From: Minisyncoccota bacterium
Lineage (GTDB): Bacteria; Patescibacteriota; Minisyncoccia; Phycocordibacterales; SBAW01
DNA: 64,000 bases
Direction of reading: 5' to 3'
NCBI GenBank assembly: GCA_035546615.1
Contig: DASZWM010000002.1
Span: 32,001 to 96,000 of the forward strand
The translations under genes were made by a program, and so were the position numbers. Below, one piece after another: positions 49,360 through 58,548 of the stretch. Positions within the stretch are counted from its first letter, which is position 1; each line of letters begins with the position of its first letter. Below the pieces are notes generated by a model. The model saw nothing but the letters and a program-made list of their open reading frames with translations, had not been told where the DNA came from and searched no databases.

Positions 49360-50243
49360 TGCCGCCTCTCGCTAAGCGCATTCTTATCGCGGTAATCGCC
49401 CTCGCCGTCTTGGGCGGGGGGATCGCCGCATGGATGGCGCTAAATAAAAAAGCTCCCGTTCCGGCCGCTCAGGCGCCGGTTGAGAAGCCCGGTCCTGTAG
49501 CCGAAGTCATCGGTTCTTCGGTGGAAGGCCGCAGCATCACTGCCTACACCTACGGCAAGGGCGCGACAAAGCTCCTATTCGTTGGCGGCATGCACGGCGG
49601 CTACGAGTGGAACAGCGTGCTCCTGGCATACCAGTTCATGGATTACCTTGATGCAAATCCCGCGGCCGTTCCCTCAAATCTCTCTATAACGGTCGTTCCA
49701 TCCATCAATCCCGATGCGGTGTACGAAGCGGTAGGCAAGGAAGGCCGATTCACTGCAGCCGACGCGACGACGAGCGCTTCGGCGCTGGCGGCGGCGCGCT
49801 TCAACGCCCACAACGTGGACCTCAACCGCAACTTCGATTGCCATTGGGCACCGACGAGCATGTGGCAGAACAAGACCGTAAGCGCGGGCACCGCGGCATT
49901 CTCCGAGCCGGAAGCGCAGGCGCTCCGCGGCTTCGTCGCCAGGTATCGCCCTGCGGCGGCGGTGTTCTGGCACAGCGCGGCCGGAAGCGTGTACGCTTCC
50001 GAGTGCGATGCGGGCGTCCTGCCGGGCACAATGGATGCGATGAACGCATACGCGAAGGCCGCCGGCTATCCCGCGGTCGCGTCGTTCGACGCGTATCCGA
50101 TAACCGGCGACTCGGAAGGCTGGCTCGCCTCGCAGAACATCCCGGCTATAACAGTGGAGCTCTCAAGCCACACCGCGGTGGAGTGGGACAAGAACCTCGC
50201 GGGCATCAAGGCGCTCATCGCGCTCTATGCGTCCGCGCGGTAG
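49359..50243 (+). CDS. M14 family carboxypeptidase-like protein (tandem paralog)
   Basis: Same motifs, about 50% identical by eye to 48454..49359; start overlaps the upstream stop (taATG). Confidence 0.6.
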   Translation: MPPLAKRILIAVIALAVLGGGIAAWMALNKKAPVPAAQAPVEKPGPVAEVIGSSVEGRSITAYTYGKGATKLLFVGGMHGGYEWNSVLLAYQFMDYLDANPAAVPSNLSITVVPSINPDAVYEAVGKEGRFTAADATTSASALAAARFNAHNVDLNRNFDCHWAPTSMWQNKTVSAGTAAFSEPEAQALRGFVARYRPAAAVFWHSAAGSVYASECDAGVLPGTMDAMNAYAKAAGYPAVASFDAYPITGDSEGWLASQNIPAITVELSSHTAVEWDKNLAGIKALIALYASAR

Positions 50244-50308
50244 AGTACTTTACTTAGTAAAGTATCGGCTGGTATACTGTACGCATATCACTAACTTTCA
50301 GTCATCCT

Positions 50309-50923
50309 ATGCGACTCTATTATTCTCCCGGTTCGTGCGCGCTGTCCCCGCATATCGTCGCGCGCGAAGCGGGGCTCGACGTCGAGATCGAAAAGGTCGT
50401 CTTCTCCGCCGACGGCCGCCGCACGCAGGAGCACGACGAGAACTTCTACGACGTGAATCCGCGCGGCTACGTGCCGGCCCTCAAGCTTGATTCCGGAGAC
50501 ATTCTGACCGAGGGCGTGGCTATCGTCCAATACTTGGCGGACCAGGCGCCCGGCGCCGGCCTAATGCCCAAGCATCAGAGCGGGGACTATTACAAAGCGC
50601 TCAGCTGGCTCACGTTCATCAGCTCGGAAGTGCATAAGGGCTTCAGCCCGTTCTTCCGCTCCAATCTGCCGGAGGAAGAGAAAAAGATAGCGCTGGACCG
50701 GCTGCTCAAGCGCTTTGACTGGATAAACGGCGCGCTTGAGGGAAACGATTATCTGGTGGGCGGAGCGTTCAGCATTGCGGACGCGTATTGCTACACCATC
50801 CTGCGCTGGCACCCGAAGGCCGGCATTGATCTGGGCAAGTATCCGAATATCAAGGAATACTACGAGCGCATCGGCTCGCGCCCTGCGGTCAAGACGGCGC
50901 TTAAGGAGGAAGGACTCGAATAG
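50309..50923 (+). CDS. glutathione S-transferase
   Basis: MRLYYSPGSCALSPHI thioredoxin-like N-domain plus alpha-helical C-domain. Confidence 0.8.
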   Translation: MRLYYSPGSCALSPHIVAREAGLDVEIEKVVFSADGRRTQEHDENFYDVNPRGYVPALKLDSGDILTEGVAIVQYLADQAPGAGLMPKHQSGDYYKALSWLTFISSEVHKGFSPFFRSNLPEEEKKIALDRLLKRFDWINGALEGNDYLVGGAFSIADAYCYTILRWHPKAGIDLGKYPNIKEYYERIGSRPAVKTALKEEGLE

Positions 50924-51193
50924 CCTCTAGGCCCGATTTAAGAGCCTTCATCCTTTTCAGGACGAACTGTGGTAGACTGCTTATCTGGTCGCTTCTTACC
51001 AGCCGTTCGCTAATCGATATTGACTTTATGACAGACGAAACAACGAAGCCCGCAGCACCGGTCGAGATTCCTCCGATGGAACAGCCGGCGACTACGACCC
51101 CTCCTCAGGCGGACACGACGACCGCCTAAGCGAAAAACACCGGCCACGCGCCGGTGTTTTTCGTGCACCCCTTCAGTATTCCTTCATCGATGC

Positions 51194-52609
51194 GTGCTAC
51201 CCTGTATATACGTGATTACATACCTGTATAAGGGCGCAGTTGGATTTGCGCTATGCTTGGCCATTATCCTGCCGTTCGGTTTTTTGTACACGCCTGCCCA
51301 TGCCGCAACCCGGACATACGGGGGGTTCTATACGGCCGACGGCTCCAGCGAATCCTCCGCCGAGCGCCAGCAGCGCATAAACAGCTACCGCCGGCAATCG
51401 AGCGACCTGCAGAAAAAAATAGACGCGCTTGACGACGATGCCGACGAAGACGTTACGATGCCCGTTCTCTTCGGCGTGACGCTGAATGACATATCGCCGA
51501 ACTTCGGCGACCCGCGCAGCGGGGGCCGCACCCACGAGGGCGAAGACATTCTAGGGGTCAAAGGCACGCCCGTCGTCTCGCCGACCGAGGCGGTCGTGCT
51601 GCGCGCGGTTACGGGAGCGAGCGAAGGCAATGCGGTATACACCGCCAACCCCGGCGGGGAAGTATTCGTGTATATGCACCTGGACCGCTTCGGCGAAGGC
51701 GTATCGGCCGGCGACGTGCTGGAGCGGGGCTCGCTTATCGGCTACTTGGGAGACACCGGCAACGCCGCGGGCGGGCCGGCGCACCTGCATTTCGAGATAC
51801 ACGACAAGTCAAACAAGCCTACCGACCCGTTCCCGCGCCTGACCGAGGAATTTTCGCTCAAGCAGAAGATATCGTATTTGGAAGACATCCTAAAGCAGAC
51901 AGACGACGAGGACGAGCTGGCGGAATTCCTCGTAACCAATTTTCGCGCCACGTTCAATGCCGCCCTGGCCGCGGACATCGAACTCCCGGATTCCATGGTG
52001 AAGGCGCTTGCTACGGTGCCGGTTAACGCTCCTCGCGCCGCAAGCGCCGGCTCGGCGCTGCCGTCCGGCGACCTTGATCTCGGCTCATCCGGCGCGGCGG
52101 TCATAGCGCTGCAGACATATCTGATACAGGCGGCAAGCGGCCCGGCCGCCGCGAGCCTTGCCAAGGCGGGCGCCACAGGCACCTTCGGCCCCCTGACAAA
52201 AGCGGCGCTCATAGAGCTTCAGATCGGTTTGGCTATTAAGCCGGCAAGCGGCTACTACGGGCCGGAGACGCGTTCGTATGTAGAAAAGCATCCTAATAAG
52301 GGTTCCGCGGTTGTTACAACGCCGGTTGCTTCGCCGACACAAATTCCTGCTGCAGGCACGGCTTCCTCCGGTGCCGTACGCGACCTTGAACTGGGAATGA
52401 CCGGCGAGGATGTGCGCGCGCTCCAGATAGTGCTGAATGCGAACGGCTATCCGGTGGCAATAACCGGTTCCGGCTCGCTCGGCAATGAAACAACATATTT
52501 TGGCCCGGCTACGAAAGCGGCGGTTATAAAATTCCAGACAGAAAACGCCATACGGCCTGCGGCAGGATACGTAGGCCCGGTCACGCGCGCGGCGCTGGCG
52601 TTCTTATAA
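51194..52609 (+). CDS. M23 peptidase with two C-terminal peptidoglycan-binding (PG_binding_1) domains
   Basis: HEGEDI...HLHFEIH M23 motifs; two repeats LxxGxxGxxVxxLQxxL...FGPxT. Confidence 0.7.
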   Translation: MLPCIYVITYLYKGAVGFALCLAIILPFGFLYTPAHAATRTYGGFYTADGSSESSAERQQRINSYRRQSSDLQKKIDALDDDADEDVTMPVLFGVTLNDISPNFGDPRSGGRTHEGEDILGVKGTPVVSPTEAVVLRAVTGASEGNAVYTANPGGEVFVYMHLDRFGEGVSAGDVLERGSLIGYLGDTGNAAGGPAHLHFEIHDKSNKPTDPFPRLTEEFSLKQKISYLEDILKQTDDEDELAEFLVTNFRATFNAALAADIELPDSMVKALATVPVNAPRAASAGSALPSGDLDLGSSGAAVIALQTYLIQAASGPAAASLAKAGATGTFGPLTKAALIELQIGLAIKPASGYYGPETRSYVEKHPNKGSAVVTTPVASPTQIPAAGTASSGAVRDLELGMTGEDVRALQIVLNANGYPVAITGSGSLGNETTYFGPATKAAVIKFQTENAIRPAAGYVGPVTRAALAFL

Positions 52610-52621
52610 AAAAGCCGCAGC

Positions 52622-52858
52622 CTACGCCATTTCGCTGTTATGGAGCGGAAGCCAATCCATTATTTTTTTGCGGTGCTCGTCGAGCGACCAGGACTCGCCG
52701 TGCTTGAAAAACGAAGCATGCTCTTCCTTGAATTTCTTCAGGAGCGATTCGGAGGCGTGGGGAAAGCCCTCCGGAATGTTCTTATTGTACGACCGCAGGA
52801 ACTCGCCGATGGATATCTGCACTTCGCTCACCGGGGTAGGCTTAGGAGTCATCTTCAC
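52622..52858 (-). CDS. hypothetical protein (78 aa)
   Basis: ORF only. Confidence 0.3.
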   Translation of the reverse strand: MKMTPKPTPVSEVQISIGEFLRSYNKNIPEGFPHASESLLKKFKEEHASFFKHGESWSLDEHRKKIMDWLPLHNSEMA

Positions 52859-52920
52859 GCCTTAAGAATACCATAAATAGGAGCGATAATCAACACGCTT
52901 TTGCTTGATATACTCATTCC

Positions 52921-53436
52921 ATGACGCTACGGATTCGCACGCTCGACGATTTTTATGAGCAGTCAAAGAAATATGCGGGGATCTTTGACGCATTCGCCGC
53001 TAAGCACGCCCTCGTCGGGGAAGTGAAGGCGGACCATATCTGCTACAAATGCGGCTCTGCGGAATCTTTCGAGCATATTCGCGCGCTTTTCGAGCAGGGG
53101 AGCCGGTACGTCTTCCAATCGATAATTTCCGGGAGGCGGATAGCGTATATCCGTATGAAAAAGGGTATCGAGACCTCGCTGGGCACCATAGAATTCCTCG
53201 AATTGTCCGATCAGAAACCCGACGGGCCTCAAAGGGACGGCTTCGACCATATAGAAGCGTATGCGACGGCTTATTCGTATGACGACATGGTGAAAAAGCT
53301 CGAGGCGGTCGAAAAGGTAGTAAGGGTAGAGCGCCCGCACCATACCACGCATGATATCGAGATCGGCGAAGAATTCCTGTTTCGATGCACACGAGGGCCG
53401 CTCATCGAAAAGATAACCAAAGAAGAGATGCTATAA
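52921..53436 (+). CDS. hypothetical protein, possibly VOC/YecM-like
   Basis: Weak resemblance only. Confidence 0.3.
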   Translation: MTLRIRTLDDFYEQSKKYAGIFDAFAAKHALVGEVKADHICYKCGSAESFEHIRALFEQGSRYVFQSIISGRRIAYIRMKKGIETSLGTIEFLELSDQKPDGPQRDGFDHIEAYATAYSYDDMVKKLEAVEKVVRVERPHHTTHDIEIGEEFLFRCTRGPLIEKITKEEML

Positions 53437-53855
53437 TCGGGTAGTACCAAGTAAGTTTTACATATGGGAAAAGGGAACAACGCGTATCGCAAGGACAAGA
53501 AGAAGCCGAAAAAGGGCGGCAAATAATACGCCCGTCTTAACCGAGCCTACATGCATGCTCGCGTATGCTTGGAGCGAGGTCGAGATTATTGGTCGTAAGA
53601 GCAGGAATTCGTATGGCAAACAATGATAGGAGTTCCAGCACGAGCAGCCGCAGCTCTTCATCGGGCAGCAACTCGCATCAAGGGGGCAGTTCGCGCGGGG
53701 GGCGCTCAAGCGGCAGCGATAGCGACAGATAGCGTACACTAGCGCACAGGGATGCTGGACATCCGCTGTGCGGCAAAAGGCAGCCTTACACAGGCTGCCT
53801 TTTGCAGGGCCCCTATCAAAAGTAAAAGGGCGGCGCGCAAGCGCCGCCCCCAACG

Positions 53856-54680
53856 CTACCTGACCACGGCCCTCTTCTGCCGTATGTTGGCCTCCATGTT
53901 CGCTATTTCCGCGTCGAATGCCGGATCGTTCGACCGGCGCAGCTTCACCACGTTCACGCTATGGAGAATGGTCTTTGAATCCCGGTCCCCGAAGTAGGAG
54001 GACATCTTCGCATAGATCATGCCGGTCATGGACCTCACCAAAAAAATCGCGACGTGACGCGCGAGCCGGTATCTGCCGACCTTGATATCGGATTCAAGAT
54101 CGGAAACCGTTACGTCATAGTGCAGGGCAACAGTTTCCTTTATCAGCGTGATGAGGTCTTCCTCGTCCTCCGTGTTTTTCTGGCTCTCGAGTACCGCCTC
54201 AATCCCGTCGAAGCTCTCGAGAACGACAGGCGCTGCTGAGAGCGGCTGTGCAGCCGGCTTTTCAGAAGATGCGTCTTCAGGAGTATCCTCCCGGGGCGGC
54301 GGCTTAGCCTTCGCCTCGGTCTTGGGGTTTTTTGTCGCAGCGGCCTTTTTGGCGGCTTCTTGCGCAGCCGTGGCCGCTTGATAGATGCGGCCCTTTTGCG
54401 TCGCGATGCTGCGCACCGCAACCAGCACCTCCGTCACGCCGTTGCGCTCTGCCTGCCAGGCGGCAAGCAGGCGCGCGCGATAGATGTCGAGTATCTGTCT
54501 GCGCAGGCCCGCTACGGGGACGCTGACACTGACGGTTGCCTGCGTTATTCCTTCAAGTTCCATTCGCCGGAAGAAGGCACTGAAGGCATCCTCGCCCAGA
54601 TCCTTTTTCAGGCGTTCCTGCACGCGCGACCACTGCTTTGCCGCGTTCGTGCCTTCCCCCACGGGGGTTTGAGCATCCAT
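53856..54680 (-). CDS. DnaA-like protein with DnaA N-terminal domain I and C-terminal DNA-binding domain IV but no AAA+ domain
   Basis: N-terminus WSRVQERLKKDLGEDAFSAFF..MEL (domain I pattern); C-terminus LARHVAIFLVRSMTGMIYAKMSSYFGDRDSKTILHSVNVVK (domain IV FGGRDHTTV-like). ATG at 54680 with a GGAG RBS; only 274 aa. Confidence 0.55.
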   Translation of the reverse strand: MDAQTPVGEGTNAAKQWSRVQERLKKDLGEDAFSAFFRRMELEGITQATVSVSVPVAGLRRQILDIYRARLLAAWQAERNGVTEVLVAVRSIATQKGRIYQAATAAQEAAKKAAATKNPKTEAKAKPPPREDTPEDASSEKPAAQPLSAAPVVLESFDGIEAVLESQKNTEDEEDLITLIKETVALHYDVTVSDLESDIKVGRYRLARHVAIFLVRSMTGMIYAKMSSYFGDRDSKTILHSVNVVKLRRSNDPAFDAEIANMEANIRQKRAVVR

Positions 54681-54842
54681 CCCTATACTCCTTTTGCCTC
54701 TTAGGCGCCCCAAGGCGCGAAAACAAAATCCAAATACACTTAAACACATCCTCCTGGATTTTCAAGTGAATGGGGCAGGGCAGATTGACAATATCCGTTC
54801 TATTATATATAATCATAAGCGACTGAATCTCTTTTAGTCGTT

Positions 54843-56081
54843 ATGTATCAAGGCAATTCTTCATCTCGCCGCCCTACTAACCGCTCCGGCGGCCGGCCTC
54901 AATTCGGTACCAGGAAGCCCTTTCACAGCGGCGGCCCTTCTAGGCGCTTTGCCCGCCCGGCTCCGCGCACGAACCATATCGACGTATCGCGCTATATCAA
55001 CAAGGCGGTCATTACCGAGGAAGTGGAGCGCTTCGTGCCCGAGCACAAGTTCGCCGATTTCGCGCTTGATGAGCGCCTCAAGGCAAATATCGTAAAGAAA
55101 GGCTATGTCGAGCCGACGCCAATACAGGACCGCTCTATTCCGCACATCCTGCGCGGGGAAGACGTCGTCGGCATCGCCAATACCGGAACGGGCAAGACCG
55201 CGGCATTTCTCATACCGCTCATCCATAAAGCTATTACTCAACGCAGTGAGCGCGTGCTTGTTATGGTGCCCACGCGCGAGCTCGCCCAGCAGATAGCAGC
55301 GGAGCTCAAGGAGTTCACGCCGGGACTCCAGATATTCTCGGCAGTAGGCGTAGGCGGCGCGGGCATCGGCCCGCAGATGGCGGATCTCCGTAAGAAGCCG
55401 CAATTCGTTATCGGCACGCCGGGGCGCCTCAAGGACCTGCTCGAGCGCAAAGCGCTTATCCTCTCCAACTTCCAGACGGCGGTCCTCGACGAAGCCGACC
55501 GCATGCTCGACATGGGCTTTATCGCCGATATGCGCCGCATCCTTTCGCTTTTGCCTTCCCCGCGCCATACCCTTTTCTTTTCCGCGACGCTTTCCCCGGA
55601 AATAGAGAAGCTCATCGGCGAGTTCCTCCGCACGCCGGTGCGCGTCTCGGTTAAGACCCGCGACACCTCCTCGACCATCGACCAGGATGTCGTGCGCGTG
55701 GCACCCGGCACCAACAAGCTCGACGTCCTCCACGACATGCTCGTAAAGCCTGAGTTCAACAAGGTGCTTATCTTCGGCCGCACCAAGCACGGCGTCGAGC
55801 GCCTCTCTAAAACGCTTGTGGAGCGCGGCTTCCGCGCGGAGTCCATTCACGGCAACAAGACGCAGGGCAAGCGCCAGAAAGCGCTCGAGCTCTTCAAGCG
55901 CGACCATGTGCAGGTGCTCGTTGCGACCGACGTCGCCGCGCGCGGCCTGGACATCAACGGCGTCTCGCACGTCATCAACTATGACCTTCCTGCGTCGCAT
56001 GAGGATTACATCCACCGCATCGGCCGCACCGGCCGGGCAGGGAAGAAGGGTCAGGCGCTTACCTTTATCGACGGCAAGTAG
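54843..56081 (+). CDS. DEAD-box ATP-dependent RNA helicase
   Basis: Q motif, ANTGTGKT, DEAD (VLDEADRMLDMGF), SAT, HRIGRTGR motifs. Confidence 0.9.
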   Translation: MYQGNSSSRRPTNRSGGRPQFGTRKPFHSGGPSRRFARPAPRTNHIDVSRYINKAVITEEVERFVPEHKFADFALDERLKANIVKKGYVEPTPIQDRSIPHILRGEDVVGIANTGTGKTAAFLIPLIHKAITQRSERVLVMVPTRELAQQIAAELKEFTPGLQIFSAVGVGGAGIGPQMADLRKKPQFVIGTPGRLKDLLERKALILSNFQTAVLDEADRMLDMGFIADMRRILSLLPSPRHTLFFSATLSPEIEKLIGEFLRTPVRVSVKTRDTSSTIDQDVVRVAPGTNKLDVLHDMLVKPEFNKVLIFGRTKHGVERLSKTLVERGFRAESIHGNKTQGKRQKALELFKRDHVQVLVATDVAARGLDINGVSHVINYDLPASHEDYIHRIGRTGRAGKKGQALTFIDGK

Positions 56082-56084
56082 GGG

Positions 56085-56270
56085 ATGGCACGAAATTTTA
56101 TGAAAGAGAAAGAAGTGGAAAAAAAGAAAGCGAACACCTGGGGTCATTGGACCGCAGCTCCCCGCCGCACCACGACCCTGGTGTGCGAATGCGGCGCACG
56201 CTACATCAAGACCCGCCCGGGCCAGACCATGTGCATGGTATGCACCCGCAAGGCGGGGGAAGCAAAATAA
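56085..56270 (+). CDS. small zinc-ribbon protein
   Basis: CEC...C.VC cysteine pairs; starts 4 nt after the helicase stop. Confidence 0.35.
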   Translation: MARNFMKEKEVEKKKANTWGHWTAAPRRTTTLVCECGARYIKTRPGQTMCMVCTRKAGEAK

Positions 56271-56365
56271 GCGCCTCTTAATGTACGCTTCATGTGCCGC
56301 CCCTTACTGTGTGTAATGCAGGCGGTTTTTTAGACCCTTATTCATTAAATATCTATACCTAACTT

Positions 56366-56518
56366 ATGTTGGTAACTGTCGCAGCGCTTCTGGTTATTTT
56401 GTGGCTTCTCGGACTCGTGACGTCCTACACGCTGGGCGGCTTCATCCATATCCTTTTGGTGGTGGCCATCATCGCGGTGCTCATCCGCCTCATTCGCGGC
56501 GAGAACCCCATCGCCTAA
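56366..56518 (+). CDS. Lmo0937-family small membrane protein (50 aa)
   Basis: MLVTVAALLVILWLLGLVTSYTLGGFIHILLVVAIIAVLIRLIRG matches this widespread micro-protein family; absent from the ORF track because it is under 60 aa. Confidence 0.5.
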   Translation: MLVTVAALLVILWLLGLVTSYTLGGFIHILLVVAIIAVLIRLIRGENPIA

Positions 56519-56551
56519 ATTCTGGACTTCGTAAGTCCAGAATGGCACAAG

Positions 56552-56572
56552 CCCGCGTCAGGCGGGTTTTTG
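56552..56572 (+). terminator. intrinsic terminator
   Basis: cccgcgtcaggcggg followed by ttttt. Confidence 0.5.
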
Positions 56573-56585
56573 CTATGATGTATAC

Positions 56586-57113
56586 ATGCAAAAGGAAACT
56601 ATCGTGCTCGGCGGCGGCTGCTTCTGGTGCACAGAAGCGGTGTTTAACATGTTGAAGGGCGTGTCGGGCGTCGAGCCCGGCTACGCGGGCGGGCACGTGG
56701 ATAATCCTACCTATGAGCAAGTCTCGACCGGGGAAACCGGGCATATCGAGGTCATAAAAATAGACTACGACCTCGACCAAATAGCGTTCGAGGAAATTCT
56801 CCAGGTGTTTTTCGAGACGCACGATCCGACCACCGCGAACCGGCAGGGGAACGACGTGGGGCCGCAGTATCATTCGGCCATTTTCTACACCACCGACCGG
56901 CAGAAGGAAAAAGCCGAGCACTATATAAAAATGATAGCGGGGAAATACACGAAGCCCATCGTCACGACCGTGGCGCCGCTGAAGACTTTCTACAAGGCCG
57001 AGGACTATCATCAGAAATACTACGAGAACCACAAGGACGCCGGCTACTGCCAGGTGATAATCGAGCCGAAGGTAGAGAAGGTGCAGGAGAAGTTCAAGAA
57101 TCTGCTCAAGTGA
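56586..57113 (+). CDS. msrA: peptide methionine sulfoxide reductase MsrA
   Basis: GGGCFWC active site and the conserved MsrA core. Confidence 0.9.
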   Translation: MQKETIVLGGGCFWCTEAVFNMLKGVSGVEPGYAGGHVDNPTYEQVSTGETGHIEVIKIDYDLDQIAFEEILQVFFETHDPTTANRQGNDVGPQYHSAIFYTTDRQKEKAEHYIKMIAGKYTKPIVTTVAPLKTFYKAEDYHQKYYENHKDAGYCQVIIEPKVEKVQEKFKNLLK

Positions 57114-57523
57114 CCGCGCAAGAGTTCGAAATACTCGTTGCAGAAGAATTTCCGGGAGCGGTGCCGGAAAAGTTTCGCGCGCAGATAGAGAACGTCGCGT
57201 TTCTTGTGGAGGAACAGCCGTCGGCCGATCTCCGGCGGGAAGAGGGCCTTGGCCCGCACGAGACACTGCTCGGGCATTACCGCGGCATTCCGCATACCAG
57301 CCGCGGCGATTGGTACGGCGTCGGAGGAACCTTGCCGGATACCATCACCCTGTACCGTTTGCCTATCGAAATGGAGGCGCAGGAGCTTGCACAGCGACTG
57401 AACCTCTCCGAAGAGGAGAGCGTGCGCAAGGTCATACGCGAGACCATCTGGCATGAGGTCGCGCATCACTTCGGCATGGACGAGCGCGAAGTGCGGGAGC
57501 GCGAAAGCGAAATGGGGTTTTAG
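57110..57523 (+). CDS. zincin-like metallopeptidase family protein (DUF1025-like)
   Basis: C-terminal IWHEVAHHFGMDE HEXXH motif; acidic N-terminus typical of the family. Confidence 0.55.
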   Translation: MTAQEFEILVAEEFPGAVPEKFRAQIENVAFLVEEQPSADLRREEGLGPHETLLGHYRGIPHTSRGDWYGVGGTLPDTITLYRLPIEMEAQELAQRLNLSEEESVRKVIRETIWHEVAHHFGMDEREVRERESEMGF

Positions 57524-57545
57524 GCGGACGTGATACCATACGGAT

Positions 57546-58106
57546 ATGGAGCGGAAGATACTTATTCTGATAGGAACGCTTGCGGCACTCGTTCTTATCG
57601 CCGCGGCGTATGCTGTCCTGCATGGCCCGCAGGGTGCGAACGGTTCCGCGCCGGGCTCTAAACTCGTTCCATACATTTCGCAGGACCTCGGCATAGCGTT
57701 CGCCTATCCCGCGCGATACGAATTGTCGGAAGACGTCACCGCCGGCGGATATGTGCTGACGCTGGGCGATAAAGAGGCGCTCGCCGCCGCCCGCGCCAGG
57801 GAAGTATCCGAGGGTCCGCCGACCATCGCTATCGCCGCCGTCCAAAATCCCGACAACCTTTCGCTTGACGAATGGGTCAAGCAGGCGATAGAAGCCAATA
57901 GCAGCGCGACGGACCAGGAGCCCGCATCGACAATCCTGGCGGGGGAGCCGGCGCTCAAGTACCGCCTTATCGGCCTGTACGACAGCGATGCGACGGCGCT
58001 GATCCATAACGGGAGGATATATGTCTTCAGCGTCGCATGGCTTACGCCCGCGGATTCCATGGTCAAAGACTTTGAGCAAATCATAAAGAGCGTTACATTT
58101 ATCTGA
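57546..58106 (+). CDS. hypothetical membrane-anchored protein
   Basis: N-terminal TM only. Confidence 0.35.
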   Translation: MERKILILIGTLAALVLIAAAYAVLHGPQGANGSAPGSKLVPYISQDLGIAFAYPARYELSEDVTAGGYVLTLGDKEALAAARAREVSEGPPTIAIAAVQNPDNLSLDEWVKQAIEANSSATDQEPASTILAGEPALKYRLIGLYDSDATALIHNGRIYVFSVAWLTPADSMVKDFEQIIKSVTFI

Positions 58107-58537
58107 TGGAAAAGCCCCTCCTTGCCCCGTTCTATCTTATCGCCGCGACATTCATCGGCTTGGCGGACACCCTCTACCTTTCGTACTTCGCGTTTATGAA
58201 CGCCGTGCCCGGGTGCGCCATCGGCGGCTGCGAGGCCGTGCTCACCAGCGCTTACTCGAAGTTCTTCGGCGTACCCTTGGCGTATATCGGCCTCGTCTTC
58301 TATATATACATGCTGGCGCTTGCCGTTCTTCTTGCAATGGAGCCGCGCTCGCGGACGCTGAGCCTGGCGACGCTCGGCTATACCCTCGTCGGCTTGGGGC
58401 TCTCGCTCGTGTTCGAGTTCTACATTCAGGGCATGCTCATCGGCGAGTACTGCATGTACTGCGCCATCTCAGCGGTAACGACCCTGGCGCTGTTCGGAAC
58501 CGCGGTGTGGCATTTCCGGAGCACTCGCGTACAATAA
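58106..58537 (+). CDS. vitamin K epoxide reductase (VKOR) family protein
   Basis: Loop cysteines PGCAIGGC and active-site CMYC within TM4. Confidence 0.65.
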   Translation: MEKPLLAPFYLIAATFIGLADTLYLSYFAFMNAVPGCAIGGCEAVLTSAYSKFFGVPLAYIGLVFYIYMLALAVLLAMEPRSRTLSLATLGYTLVGLGLSLVFEFYIQGMLIGEYCMYCAISAVTTLALFGTAVWHFRSTRVQ

Positions 58538-58548
58538 AGAAAAGATAT

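Noticed and set aside
58213-58548. Upstream extension of the SIMPL ORF
   Set aside because: Overlaps the VKOR gene in another frame. A signal-anchor sequence and RBS-compatible ATG are at 58549.
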